Source: Candidatus Delongbacteria bacterium (GTDB lineage Bacteria; CAIWAD01; BS150m-G50). Taken from it: a stretch of 37,372 nucleotides of DNA. Location: positions 1 through 37,372 of the forward strand of contig JADHUQ010000003.1 in assembly GCA_016784425.1 (NCBI GenBank), read 5' to 3'. Shown here piece after piece: positions 9,217-18,794 of this stretch; position 1 is the first letter of the stretch; the number at the start of each line of letters is the position of its first letter. The translations under genes were made by a program, and so were the position numbers. The notes beneath the pieces were generated by a model, which saw only the letters and a list, made by a program, of their open reading frames with translations, did not search any database and was not told the DNA's origin.

Positions 9217-10433
9217 TCTGTATTCTGGCTTGCAGCGAATCGTGCTTGCAGCATGCTGGCCAGTTTTTGGAGCAGCGACCAGGCTACCGCCTCTTTGTGA
9301 CCGGACAACTCTTCGCTGGTGCCATCCGGGGTCATCAGGTTCAATCTGATTTCATCCCCCTCCAAACCCTGGTCCGGATGGTTGAGACAGATAAGGTCGA
9401 GTTGCTTGCTCTCCATTTTCCGCCTGGCTTCACTTTCACCGTCATCTGTTTCCAGGGCAAAACCGATCAGCAACTGCTGCTGCTTCCTGGCACCCATCCG
9501 CGCCAGGATATCCGGTGCAGCCTCTAACTTGAGATCTGGAACACGCTCCCCCTTTTTCAGTTTGCTAGCACTATAGAGCGGCATCCAGTCGGTAACGGCT
9601 GCTGCAGCGATAAAAACATCACAGTTGTCAAATTCGCCACCCACAACCTGCTCCATCTCGCGGGCGGTGGTAACCTGCAGCAGACGGCAACCGATCGGTG
9701 GTGCCAGTTGGGTGGGGCCGCTGACGAGGGTGACCTCAGCTCCCAGTACTGCCGCAGCTTCTGCCAGGGCATATCCCAGGCGTCCTGAGGAGCGATTGGA
9801 AAGATAGCGTACCGGATCGAGTGGTTCTCGGGTGGGACCGGCGTTTATCAACAACCGTGAGCCTTTAAGTGACATTCCCGCTGACAGCAGCCAACCGGCA
9901 GCACGGGCGATTGCGACCGGCTCCGCCAGTTTGCCAGTGCCGGTATCGCCACAGGCCAGCGCACCGGAGACTGGATCCACCAGGTGGACACCCTGTGTGC
10001 GTAACAGTTCCAGGTTACGCTGCACGGCGGGATTGTGATACATGCGTGTATTCATGGCTGGAGCAAAAAGCTGGGGACAGTCACAGGCACAGATGGTGGT
10101 ACTCAAGAGGTCATCGCAGATGCCACCGGCGGCTTTACCGATGATATTTGCCGTGGCGGGTGCTACCAGCAGGAGGTCGGCCCAACGGGCAATCTCGATA
10201 TGATCGATCTCCCAGTGAGCAGGATCGCTGAAACTGTCAACCAGTGTAGGGAAACCGGTCAGACTGCTGAAGGTCAGAGGTGTGACAAAGCGGGTGGCGT
10301 TGCGTGTCATAATCACCCGCACCTGTGCTTCACCGCGTTGCAGGTGGCGTAACAGTTCAACCGCCCGGTAGGCGGCAATTCCACCGGTAACACCGAGGAT
10401 GAGCTTTTTATTTTTCAGCAGCTGCGTCGTCAT
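9213..10433 (-). CDS. coaBC: Phosphopantothenoylcysteine decarboxylase/ligase
   Basis: LGVTGGIAAYR, APATAN, PAMNTRM, LACGDTGTGKL, GPTREPLDPVRYLSNRSSG, GFALET. Start set at MTTQLL (10433). Confidence 0.96.
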   Translation of the reverse strand: MTTQLLKNKKLILGVTGGIAAYRAVELLRHLQRGEAQVRVIMTRNATRFVTPLTFSSLTGFPTLVDSFSDPAHWEIDHIEIARWADLLLVAPATANIIGKAAGGICDDLLSTTICACDCPQLFAPAMNTRMYHNPAVQRNLELLRTQGVHLVDPVSGALACGDTGTGKLAEPVAIARAAGWLLSAGMSLKGSRLLINAGPTREPLDPVRYLSNRSSGRLGYALAEAAAVLGAEVTLVSGPTQLAPPIGCRLLQVTTAREMEQVVGGEFDNCDVFIAAAAVTDWMPLYSASKLKKGERVPDLKLEAAPDILARMGARKQQQLLIGFALETDDGESEARRKMESKQLDLICLNHPDQGLEGDEIRLNLMTPDGTSEELSGHKEAVAWSLLQKLASMLQARFAASQNTD

Positions 10434-10731
10434 CCTTTTCCCCACCGGAGTCATCATTCAGATAGTGGTAGTTCAGTTTTTTGTCCAGCATCTCCTGGAT
10501 TGCTGTAGTGGTCGCTTTGGGAAACTTGGGTACGACAAACTCATTTTCCGGTTCCAAGATGTAATCGGGATCACCCATGGTGTCCAGGTACTCCTGACGG
10601 AGTTTCTCAATAGTGTCGTGCTGCAACTGGTTTATCTGACGAGCACGTTGAGCCATGATGAGGATAGCTTCGTAGATGTTCTTGGCTGTTCCATCAAAAT
10701 CTGAGGCTGTTGTTTTCTGGAAATTCGTCAC
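10408..10731 (-). CDS. rpoZ: RNA polymerase omega subunit
   Basis: NIYEAILIMAQRARQIN and KATTTAIQE; canonical position between gmk and coaBC. Confidence 0.85.
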   Translation of the reverse strand: MTNFQKTTASDFDGTAKNIYEAILIMAQRARQINQLQHDTIEKLRQEYLDTMGDPDYILEPENEFVVPKFPKATTTAIQEMLDKKLNYHYLNDDSGGEKDDDAAAEK

Positions 10732-10752
10732 TGGGTTTCCTTTCCTTTATTC

Positions 10753-11334
10753 TCAATTGTTGTTTTGCAGGATCCGGTCAATCAACTCTGATATGACCTG
10801 AATGGTCTCTTCGATCGGCCCGTCATTATCCACCCGATAATGAAACCGGGTAGCAAGTGTCAACTCGCTTTCCAGCCGGGACAACCTTAGTTCAATCTGC
10901 TCCGGCGTCTCGGATTTACGCCCTACCAGGCGGAGACGGTAAACCGCCGGATCGGTCACCTGGATGAAAATCAGATGCGGCTGCTCCAGCACTTGTTTCA
11001 GAGTCAGCGCTCCCTTGACATCCACATCGAAAACAGGATAGCGGCCTTTTTCCCAGATGCGGTCCACTTCGGCCCGGAGCGTTCCATAACGATGGTCGTG
11101 CACCGGTTCCCACTCCAGGAATTCTCCCCCCGCCAGACGCCGATCAAACTCCTCATTGGACAGGTAATAGTAATTACGGCCCTCCTGTTCCAGGTTTCGA
11201 GCCGGTCTGGTAGTACAGGAGATTGAGAATTCCAGATCGTCCCGTTGCCCCAATAAGCGTCTGATGATAGTGGTTTTGCCGGTACCACTGGGTGCTGCTA
11301 TTACAAAGGCATGCGGTAAACGCTTTTCCGACAA
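10753..11334 (-). CDS. gmk: Guanylate kinase
   Basis: APSGTGKTT, SISCTTRPAR, FLEW, YGT, DVDVKGA. Confidence 0.96.
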   Translation of the reverse strand: MSEKRLPHAFVIAAPSGTGKTTIIRRLLGQRDDLEFSISCTTRPARNLEQEGRNYYYLSNEEFDRRLAGGEFLEWEPVHDHRYGTLRAEVDRIWEKGRYPVFDVDVKGALTLKQVLEQPHLIFIQVTDPAVYRLRLVGRKSETPEQIELRLSRLESELTLATRFHYRVDNDGPIEETIQVISELIDRILQNNN

Positions 11335-11336
11335 CG

Positions 11337-12212
11337 CTACTCCAGATTCTGTACCTGCTCACGCAGGCATTCCAGTTCCTCTTTGATGCTGACCACCAGG
11401 TGTGAGATTTCAGCCGAAACGCTTTTGGAAGCGATGGTGTTTCCCTCGCGGTTCATCTCCTGCAGCAGGAAGTTGAGCTTCTTGCCGATCGGTTCCTGTT
11501 CCCGCAGTGTCCCCCTGAACAGCTTGATATGGCTGCGTAGACGAGTGATCTCCTCGTTGATGTCGAGTTTATCCGCCAGCATTGCGACCTCGAGATCAAG
11601 CCGTTCCGGCGTCATGTTCTGTCGCTCAGTCAATTTGGCAACGCGTTTCATGATTGTATCACGTACGGTGTCGCGGTTACGCCGGAAGGTAGTGTTGACC
11701 AATCCCAGCTGTTGTTCCATCGCCAGCAGGCGTTGACGGAAATCAACCAGCAATTCCCGCCCTTCGGCAGTGCGCATCTTCCGGAACTCCCGCAGGGCAT
11801 GTTGCAGTGCTGTCTGGGTCAGTGTCCACAGCTCCGGGTTCTCACGATTCTTGCGTGTTTCGCTGAGCAGGCTGCTGAAGGCGGGCAGATGGGAAAGACG
11901 CAGGTCGTTTTCCAGGCCATGACGTCGAGCCAGCTGGTCAGCCTCTTTGAGCAATCTCCCGATCATATCCGGCCGGAGGTTACCTAGACCCCCCTCCTCA
12001 ACTCGTGTCACCGCGATATAGAGATTCAGTTTACCCCGGGCGACCTGTGCCTTAACCAGATCACGCACCTCCTGCTGATAAAAATAGAGTTCTCGTGGCA
12101 GGTGAAGATTGAGATCGAGGAAACGGCTGTTGACGGCGGAAACCTCCGCGAACACCTCCCAGGTGGAACTGCTGCGGGAAGCGCGTCCAAATCCGGTCAT
12201 GCTTTTTACCAT
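11337..12212 (-). CDS. yicC: YicC/YloC family endoribonuclease
   Basis: SMTGFGR, VNSRFLD, DINEEITRLRSH, GKKLNFLLQEMNREGNTIASK, REQVQNLE. Confidence 0.95.
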   Translation of the reverse strand: MVKSMTGFGRASRSSSTWEVFAEVSAVNSRFLDLNLHLPRELYFYQQEVRDLVKAQVARGKLNLYIAVTRVEEGGLGNLRPDMIGRLLKEADQLARRHGLENDLRLSHLPAFSSLLSETRKNRENPELWTLTQTALQHALREFRKMRTAEGRELLVDFRQRLLAMEQQLGLVNTTFRRNRDTVRDTIMKRVAKLTERQNMTPERLDLEVAMLADKLDINEEITRLRSHIKLFRGTLREQEPIGKKLNFLLQEMNREGNTIASKSVSAEISHLVVSIKEELECLREQVQNLE

Positions 12213-12325
12213 ATCACCTCGTTAAGTCACAGTTGCAGGTGTGATGTTCTCTTTTCAGGGTATTACCATGATTATCCCGGAACAGTAACTCCGAGCCGCC
12301 TACATATCTGAAATTCAGAACCTAA

Positions 12326-12354
12326 ATTATACCTTTTCCTGTTGCGGATTTCAA
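12326..12354 (-). promoter_or_regulatory. sigma70-type promoter for the yicC-gmk-rpoZ-coaBC-udg-dnaB-rel operon
   Basis: Minus strand TTGAAA-17 nt-TATAAT, about 110 nt upstream of the yicC start. Confidence 0.75.
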
Positions 12355-12417
12355 CTGAAAAGGAGGGGATACTGTTTTAGCTGCCGGGACGGTTTGATTG
12401 GGAAAACCGACGGATCG

Positions 12418-12897
12418 CTAATCGGTGTCGGCTTCCTCATTGATTTCCGGTTGGATCCTGTTCACTTCGGCTTCGGTCAGCGGTAACCAGGTGATCGCCC
12501 CGGAGGGGCAGAACTTGACACACATGGGATCACCGTCGCAAAGATCGCACTTCACCGGGTAATCGGTAACCGGATCGAAATAGATATTCCCGAAAGGACA
12601 GGCGGCCACACAGAGATGACAACGAACACAGCGGAGATCGTGGTGCACCAGAGCACCGGTCTCCAGGTTCCACTGCAGTGCATTGGTGGGACAAATGGTG
12701 GCGCAGGCTGCCTCGTCACATTGCAGGCAGATAAGAGGCGTATTGATCAGTCGGGATTCATCCGCTTTGATGACCTTGATGTTGATGCGGGATTTTCCCG
12801 GTTGCCCCTGCAGACTGCTGTGGGTAAAGGCGCAGGCCAGTTCGCAGGACTTACAGGCGATACAGAGTTCCGGGCGGACATGAAATCGGTTTTCCAT
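12418..12897 (-). CDS. 4x[4Fe-4S] electron-transfer subunit (CooF/HydN/AOR small-subunit-like)
   Basis: Four Cys motifs: CIACKSCELAC, CLQC-x4-CATICP, CVRCHLCVAACPFG, KCDLC-x5-CVKFCP. TGATG coupling with the upstream gene. Confidence 0.88.
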   Translation of the reverse strand: MENRFHVRPELCIACKSCELACAFTHSSLQGQPGKSRINIKVIKADESRLINTPLICLQCDEAACATICPTNALQWNLETGALVHHDLRCVRCHLCVAACPFGNIYFDPVTDYPVKCDLCDGDPMCVKFCPSGAITWLPLTEAEVNRIQPEINEEADTD

Positions 12898-13673
12898 CAA
12901 ATCACCTCTTCCGATCTGTCAATGATCCTGTTGAACCTGTCGACGGTCTGTTTCTGCTTGCAGTCAGCGCACTGTTCCAGGTAGTCTTCCGGCAGCTGCT
13001 GCCGTTCGCTGAAGTACTGCTTCATCTCGGGTGTCAGCTTGAGGGAGCGCCCACATTCGCTGCAGGCGATCAGTTTGAACTCCTTATACCAGATCTTACG
13101 TTTTAATCCCCGCTCTTCGAACCTGATGTGACCGGTCGGGCAAACCTGGGCGCAGATAGTGCAACCGATACAACTGGCGGATGGTTCACTGAAAGGGGTA
13201 TCCACCTTTTTCAATCTGCCCCGTTCCACAGTGGCGATGGCGTTCATACCGAGCTCGCTGCAGACACGGGTACAGAGACCGCAGAGAATACAATCATCAC
13301 CTGCCGCATCCACTACGTAGCTGCTGGCCAGGATTCCATATTCAGACGCCAGATCCTGGATTACCCTGGAGTTGGGACTGGAAGCGAGCAGCAGATCGAG
13401 GATGGTGCAGCGGATCCGGGTAACTTCGCTGGAATGAGTCTGTACGATCAATCCCTCCTCTACCGGAAAGAGGCAGGAGGTGACATAATTCTTCCAGCCG
13501 TCCCAGCTCTGCCGGGTGATCTCCACTGTACAGAGACGACAGGCGCCAAAGGGCTCCACCGCTGCGTGATGACAGAGGGCGGGGATTTCGATATCCTGCC
13601 GGCGAATAGTCTCCAACAGCATTTCTCCCGCCGGTGCCTTTATCTGCTTTCCATTTATGGTCAATGTTACCAT
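12897..13673 (-). CDS. Short NuoG/HydA N-terminal-like Fe-S subunit without H-cluster or molybdopterin domain
   Basis: [2Fe-2S] ligands ALC...GACRLC...TSC; 2x[4Fe-4S] CILCGLCTRVC / CIGCTICAQVCP; C-terminal CSEC...CADC. Only 258 aa. Confidence 0.85.
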   Translation of the reverse strand: MVTLTINGKQIKAPAGEMLLETIRRQDIEIPALCHHAAVEPFGACRLCTVEITRQSWDGWKNYVTSCLFPVEEGLIVQTHSSEVTRIRCTILDLLLASSPNSRVIQDLASEYGILASSYVVDAAGDDCILCGLCTRVCSELGMNAIATVERGRLKKVDTPFSEPSASCIGCTICAQVCPTGHIRFEERGLKRKIWYKEFKLIACSECGRSLKLTPEMKQYFSERQQLPEDYLEQCADCKQKQTVDRFNRIIDRSEEVI

Positions 13674-13682
13674 GCAAGGCTC

Positions 13683-15536
13683 CTAGTGAACTTCTACAGC
13701 ATCAAAATTACACACCGCCATGCAGGCACCGCATTGTGTGCACTTGTCCTGATCGATGACATGCAATTTCTTCTTTTCCCCGGTGATGGCCACATCCGCG
13801 CAGGGCTTCACACAGGCTCCACACCCGGTACATTTTTCGTTGATCGTATAGATGATCAGATCCCGACAAACACCGGCCGGGCACCGTCTGTGCAGGATAT
13901 GCTCCAGGTACTCCTCCCTGAAGTACTTCAACGTTGAGAGCAACGGGTTGGGGCCGGATTGTCCGAGACCGCAGAGGGATCCGCGGACGATAACCTCCGA
14001 CAGCTGCTCCATCCTGTCGAGATCCTGCTCACTGCCCTGCCCCGCACAGACCTTCTGGACCAGGCCATGCAACTGGTAGAGCCCTTCACGACAGGGAACA
14101 CATTTGCCGCACGATTCCTTGACCAGAAACTCCAGGAAGTATCTGGCGACATCCACCATGCAGGTCAGGTCGTCCATGACTATCATACCACCGGAACCCA
14201 TCATGGAGCCGTTGGCGGTCAGGGTGTCAAAGTCAACCGGCAGGTCTAGCATTGAATCCGGCAGACAGCCACCTGAAGGTCCACCGGTCTGAACCGCCTT
14301 AAACGGCCGGTCGTCGATAATCCCGCCACCCACATCAAAGATAATCCGCCGCAGGGTGATCCCCATGGGGACTTCGATCAGGCCGGTGTTACGTACTTTG
14401 CCGACCAGTGAGAACACCTTGGTGCCGGCTGACTTGGGGGTGCCTATCTTGCAGTACCAGTTGGCTCCCTTATCAATTATGATCGGGACATTGGCATAGG
14501 TTTCGACATTGTTCAGTACGGTGGGTTGATCGTAGAGACCCTTCACAACTGAGCGGATGTATTTGGCGCGGGGTTCGCCCACTTCACCGGCGACAGATTT
14601 CATCAGGGCTGATGATTCCCCGCAGACAAAAGCACCAGCCCCACGGGCGATACGGATGTCAAAGGAGAATTCAGTGCCAAAGATGTTCTTCCCCAACAGA
14701 CCGATCTCGCGACAGTCTTCGATCGCTTTTTGAACATGTATAACAGCCAGCGGATATTCTTCGCGCACATAAATGTAGCCCTGGTTGGCACCGACCGCAT
14801 AGGCTGCGATGATCATACCCTCCAGCACTGCGTGAGGATCCCCTTCCATGATGCTGCGATCCATGAACGCGCCGGGGTCACCCTCGTCGCCATTGCAGAC
14901 GACATAGCGCATCTCGGACTCGACGTCGGCACAGGTCTGCCATTTGCGACCGGTTGAGAAACCGCCGCCGCCGCGACCACGCAGCCCCGAGCGTGAGATT
15001 TCGTCAATCACCTCCTGTGGTTGCATCCTGCGCAGAGCCTTGTCGAGTGCTGCATAACCGCCGTTGCCGATGTACTCCTTGATATCGTGTGGGGCAATCT
15101 TACCCAGATTCCGTAATACAATACGCTGCTGGTGCGTAAAAAAATCAACTTCCGGATAATGGGTTATTTTCTGTCCATCGACCGGGTTGGTGAAAAGCAA
15201 CCGCTCGATCACTACCCCCTTGCGGATAGTAGTATCGATGATGTCGGTTACCTGGCTGGTTTTGACCTTGGTATAGAAGATACCTTCCGGTTCAATAATC
15301 ACCAGAGGACCCTGCTCACAGAAACCGTGACACCCGGTAGACCGCACCGCTTCGAAGGAAAACCCGGTGATCCGCTTCTTCTTCATGACAATCCGGAATT
15401 CATCAACGATGGCCTGAGCACCGTTGGCAAGACAGCCGGTACCGCAGCAGATCAGTGCTTTCCTGGTGAACTGCTTGTCCCGGGTCAGGAAATCCCTTTG
15501 AACCTGCTTGAGTTGCCTGGAATTCTTAATACACAT
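13683..15536 (-). CDS. HydB/NuoF-like FMN/NADH subunit with electron-bifurcating (BfuB-type) architecture
   Basis: N-terminal thioredoxin-like 2Fe domain (CCGTGC...GCHGFC), SGLRGRGGGGF, NGDEGDPGAFMDR, GAGAFVCGE, GGPSGGC, SCGKCVPCREG, H-x5-CPAGVC, C-terminal 2x[4Fe-4S]. Confidence 0.92.
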   Translation of the reverse strand: MCIKNSRQLKQVQRDFLTRDKQFTRKALICCGTGCLANGAQAIVDEFRIVMKKKRITGFSFEAVRSTGCHGFCEQGPLVIIEPEGIFYTKVKTSQVTDIIDTTIRKGVVIERLLFTNPVDGQKITHYPEVDFFTHQQRIVLRNLGKIAPHDIKEYIGNGGYAALDKALRRMQPQEVIDEISRSGLRGRGGGGFSTGRKWQTCADVESEMRYVVCNGDEGDPGAFMDRSIMEGDPHAVLEGMIIAAYAVGANQGYIYVREEYPLAVIHVQKAIEDCREIGLLGKNIFGTEFSFDIRIARGAGAFVCGESSALMKSVAGEVGEPRAKYIRSVVKGLYDQPTVLNNVETYANVPIIIDKGANWYCKIGTPKSAGTKVFSLVGKVRNTGLIEVPMGITLRRIIFDVGGGIIDDRPFKAVQTGGPSGGCLPDSMLDLPVDFDTLTANGSMMGSGGMIVMDDLTCMVDVARYFLEFLVKESCGKCVPCREGLYQLHGLVQKVCAGQGSEQDLDRMEQLSEVIVRGSLCGLGQSGPNPLLSTLKYFREEYLEHILHRRCPAGVCRDLIIYTINEKCTGCGACVKPCADVAITGEKKKLHVIDQDKCTQCGACMAVCNFDAVEVH

Positions 15537-15537
15537 G

Positions 15538-15993
15538 CTACTTCCTCTTCAGCAGTTTCGCGGCCTTGTTGACGTTCAGAGAACCGTGGTACTTCTCATT
15601 GACGATCACCACCGGAGCCATCGCACAGGCGCCAACACAGGCAACCGCCTCAAGAGTATACTCACTGTCACTGGTAGTCTCCCCGGCTGAAATACCCAGT
15701 TTGTGCTCCAGTTGATCCTGGATCAACCTGGCGCCACGAATGTGGCAGGCGGTTCCCAGACAGACCTTCACGATATTTTTACCACGCGGTTTCAATGAGA
15801 AGGAGTTATAGAAGGTAGCTATGGATGCCACCTTGCTCAGCGGTACAGCGAGTGTCTCGGCGGTCAGGGTCAGAGCTTCCGGTGGAAGATAGTGGTACTC
15901 CTGCTGTATGTCCTGCAGTATCATGATGAGCGACTCCGAGCTTTGCCGGTGTCGGGCGATGATCTCGGGTAACCTGCTGAAGTCTTGACACAT
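15538..15993 (-). CDS. HydC/NuoE-like [2Fe-2S] subunit
   Basis: ILQDIQ..YHYLP, ATFYNSF, CLGTAC, CVGACAMAP. Confidence 0.92.
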   Translation of the reverse strand: MCQDFSRLPEIIARHRQSSESLIMILQDIQQEYHYLPPEALTLTAETLAVPLSKVASIATFYNSFSLKPRGKNIVKVCLGTACHIRGARLIQDQLEHKLGISAGETTSDSEYTLEAVACVGACAMAPVVIVNEKYHGSLNVNKAAKLLKRK

Positions 15994-16042
15994 AATCTTT
16001 CCTTATGCCTGCCGGGTGTCCCGGTCTGAATCAATACACTGG

Positions 16043-16594
16043 CTAAGCGTTAATCCCACTCTGTGAGATGGAGTTTTTACCGTGGCGAAAACAGGCGATA
16101 TTCAGCTCGATAAACTGCGGTTTGGCGGCAAAGCTCTGACGAATATGTTCTTCGACAGTCTCATCAGGAATGATCCCGGTGACAGCTTGAAATACACCCA
16201 GGATCACCATGTTGGCCGCCCGGGGATTGCCCAACTCCTGGGCAATGTCATTCGCCCTGATCTGGTACTGTATCAGATCATCCCGTTCACTGACGATGTC
16301 GATCAGGGAACTGTTGATAATCAGTTTGCCGCCGGTCTGCATCATCGGTGCAAATTTCTCCAGTGATGGCCGGTTCATGGCGATGACCACACTGGGTGTG
16401 GAAACGACCGGCGAGGCTACCGGTTCATCCGCCAGCACCACTGCGACATTGGCAGTCCCCCCCCGCATTTCAGGTCCGTAAGAGGGAAGCCAGCTGACAT
16501 ACAGGTTTCCCGCCATACCGGCATAAGCTATAATCTGTCCTGCCCGCAGGATGCCCTGTCCGCCAAAGCCGGCGAAGACTGACTGAATCAACAT
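16043..16594 (-). CDS. 2-oxoacid:ferredoxin oxidoreductase gamma subunit (VOR/KOR type)
   Basis: AGFGGQG, PSYGPEMRGGTA, ANMVILG. Confidence 0.93.
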   Translation of the reverse strand: MLIQSVFAGFGGQGILRAGQIIAYAGMAGNLYVSWLPSYGPEMRGGTANVAVVLADEPVASPVVSTPSVVIAMNRPSLEKFAPMMQTGGKLIINSSLIDIVSERDDLIQYQIRANDIAQELGNPRAANMVILGVFQAVTGIIPDETVEEHIRQSFAAKPQFIELNIACFRHGKNSISQSGINA

Positions 16595-16597
16595 CGG

Positions 16598-17341
16598 CTA
16601 AACCTCCTCCGGCGACTTCAGAATACCCAGCTTGTAGTGTTGCAGCGTATTGTCCCGAATATGCTCGAGAGACTGTTGTGGGGTCAACCCCCAGTTGGTC
16701 GGACAGGTTGAAAGAATCTCGACCAGCGAGAAACAACGGTTGTCTACCTGGTTCTGGAAAGCACGCCTGATCAGTTTTTTGGTCTGGATCTGGTGCAGCC
16801 CATCATGGACGGAACAACGTACGATGAAACCGGGGGTGGCCTGCGTAGCCAGTGCTTCCGATACGGCAACCGGGAAACCGGTCTGGCTGACATCGCGTCC
16901 GTCGGGTGAGGTGGTGGTGACCTGTTCCGGCAGGGTCGTTGGTGCCATCTGGCCACCAGTCATTCCATAAATACCGTTGTTTATAAAAATAACGGTTATC
17001 TTTTCGCCACGGTTGGCAGCATGAAATATCTCGTTGAAACCGATCGAGGCCAGATCGCCATCACCCTGGTAGGTATAGAGGATCAGATCGGGTCGGGCCC
17101 GTTTGGCTCCTGTTGCCAGGGCGGGTGCACGACCGTGTGGAGCTTCCATGAAATCGTTGTTGAGATAGTTGTAAATCAGCACGGCGCATCCCACCGGTGC
17201 GACACCGACAGTACGTTCCCTGATATTCAGTTCTTCAAGCACTTCCGCCACCATCCGGTGGACCACTCCATGGGTACAACCGGGACAATAGTGAGTCGGA
17301 ACATCCTTCATCGCCGTGGAGATCTTGAAAGCCAGCTCCAT
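16598..17341 (-). CDS. 2-oxoacid:ferredoxin oxidoreductase beta (TPP-binding) subunit
   Basis: HYCPGCTHG, PVGC, HGRA, TPP motif YQGDGD...INNGIYGMTGGQ, STCPTNWG. Start at MELAF after a GAGG SD (the ORF track extends to 17353). Confidence 0.93.
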   Translation of the reverse strand: MELAFKISTAMKDVPTHYCPGCTHGVVHRMVAEVLEELNIRERTVGVAPVGCAVLIYNYLNNDFMEAPHGRAPALATGAKRARPDLILYTYQGDGDLASIGFNEIFHAANRGEKITVIFINNGIYGMTGGQMAPTTLPEQVTTTSPDGRDVSQTGFPVAVSEALATQATPGFIVRCSVHDGLHQIQTKKLIRRAFQNQVDNRCFSLVEILSTCPTNWGLTPQQSLEHIRDNTLQHYKLGILKSPEEV

Positions 17342-17349
17342 GGGGGACC

Positions 17350-18402
17350 TCATTTGATAAGTTTCAACAACTGCTGCCTGATCTCGGCCGGGGTTGGAAC
17401 GATACCACCGGTGCGTCCGTAAAATTGCACCGCCCGTCGTCCTCTTACAGCCAGCCGGACATCTTCCACCATTTGCCCGGTGCTCATCTCGATTGCTATC
17501 ACTTTGCGTGCCCTGGCAGCAGCTTTGTAGATAGCAGAACTGGGGAAAGGAAAGAGGGTGATCGGTCTGACAATACCCACCCGGTGGCCTTCCTGGTTCA
17601 GTTCATCGATGGCAGTTTTACAGATACGGGCCATCATCCCATAGGAGACGACCAGGACATCCATCTTATCTGTGACGGCATATTCTTCAAAGCGGATTTC
17701 GTGCTGCTCCATCAACCGGTACTTGGCGAGCAGTTCCAGATTATTGTTTTCCAGCTGCTGCGGATCGAGAAAAAGCGATTTCACAATGGTGGGTGGGCGA
17801 TCTTTAGCGCCGGTGTTGGCGTAACTGCGATCGATACCTTCAGGCGTATTATACTCACGAAATTCTACCGGTTCCATCATCTGCCCTATCATTCCATCCC
17901 CGATAATCATCACCGGATTGCGATATTTATCAGCCAGATCGAAGGCATCCATTACCAGGTCGGCAGCTTCCTGTACACCGGCCGGGGCCAGTACCAGCAG
18001 ACGGAAATCTCCATGACCACCCGCCTTGGTCGCCATGAAATAATCTGACTGGGCTGGCAGGATGCCGCCCAGGCCCGGTCCCCCCCGCACAATGTTGATC
18101 AACACTGCAGGTAACTGGGAACCGGCGAGGTAGGAAATTGCCTCTGACATCAGTGCAACGCCGGGACTGGAGGAGGAGGTGAAAACCCGCTCACCCACCG
18201 CAGCGGCGCCGTAAACCATATTAACAGCACCCAATTCGCTCTCAGCCTGGACAAAATGGCCACCCACTTCCGGGAGTCTTCTCACCATATATTCTGCTAT
18301 TTCTGTTTGCGGGGTTATTGGATAAGCAAAATAATTACGACAATTTGCACGTATAGCAGCTTCTCCAAGTGCCTCATTTCCTTTCATCAGTACTTTTGTC
18401 AT
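17350..18402 (-). CDS. 2-oxoacid:ferredoxin oxidoreductase alpha subunit, VorB (2-ketoisovalerate)-like
   Basis: LMKGNEA, YPITPQTE, QAESE, TSSSSPG, RGGPGLG, EMSTGQM. Confidence 0.93.
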   Translation of the reverse strand: MTKVLMKGNEALGEAAIRANCRNYFAYPITPQTEIAEYMVRRLPEVGGHFVQAESELGAVNMVYGAAAVGERVFTSSSSPGVALMSEAISYLAGSQLPAVLINIVRGGPGLGGILPAQSDYFMATKAGGHGDFRLLVLAPAGVQEAADLVMDAFDLADKYRNPVMIIGDGMIGQMMEPVEFREYNTPEGIDRSYANTGAKDRPPTIVKSLFLDPQQLENNNLELLAKYRLMEQHEIRFEEYAVTDKMDVLVVSYGMMARICKTAIDELNQEGHRVGIVRPITLFPFPSSAIYKAAARARKVIAIEMSTGQMVEDVRLAVRGRRAVQFYGRTGGIVPTPAEIRQQLLKLIK

Positions 18403-18511
18403 ATTTTGTTCCTCAAAGGAGCTGTTGGCTTCCTGTCACCTGTATCAGAATAGGGAGCTGGCTCTTTCCAACCGGAAATCCTGTTTCCGGCGGGCAGCCG
18501 GGAAACTCGAA

Positions 18512-18745
18512 TCAGTAGTCGTAATAATGCACCATAACCCCGTTGAGCCCGATCTGAATCACCTGGTCCGGGCAGGTTACTGCACACAAACGGCAGCCGA
18601 TACACCGGGGTTGGTCTGCTACTTCAGCAAAGAAGTAACCCTTTTCATTTATGTTTTCAGAAATAGCGAGCACATGCTGGGGACAGGCGTAGATACAAAG
18701 CTCACAACCTTTGCATCGTTCCTGCCTGATCAGAACTCTGGGCAT
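18512..18745 (-). CDS. 2x[4Fe-4S] ferredoxin, delta subunit of the oxidoreductase
   Basis: CKGCELCIYACP, INEKGY, CIGCRLCAVTCPD. Confidence 0.92.
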   Translation of the reverse strand: MPRVLIRQERCKGCELCIYACPQHVLAISENINEKGYFFAEVADQPRCIGCRLCAVTCPDQVIQIGLNGVMVHYYDY

Positions 18746-18794
18746 AAGGACCTCTTCTTAAACAGAGCACCCTCCTGCAACCACAGGTGGGCAA

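Noticed and set aside
12897-15993. Calling the module nuoEFG of complex I or an [FeFe]-hydrogenase
   Set aside because: No other nuo genes are nearby, the NuoF homologue has extra HydB domains, and the third subunit lacks H-cluster motifs.
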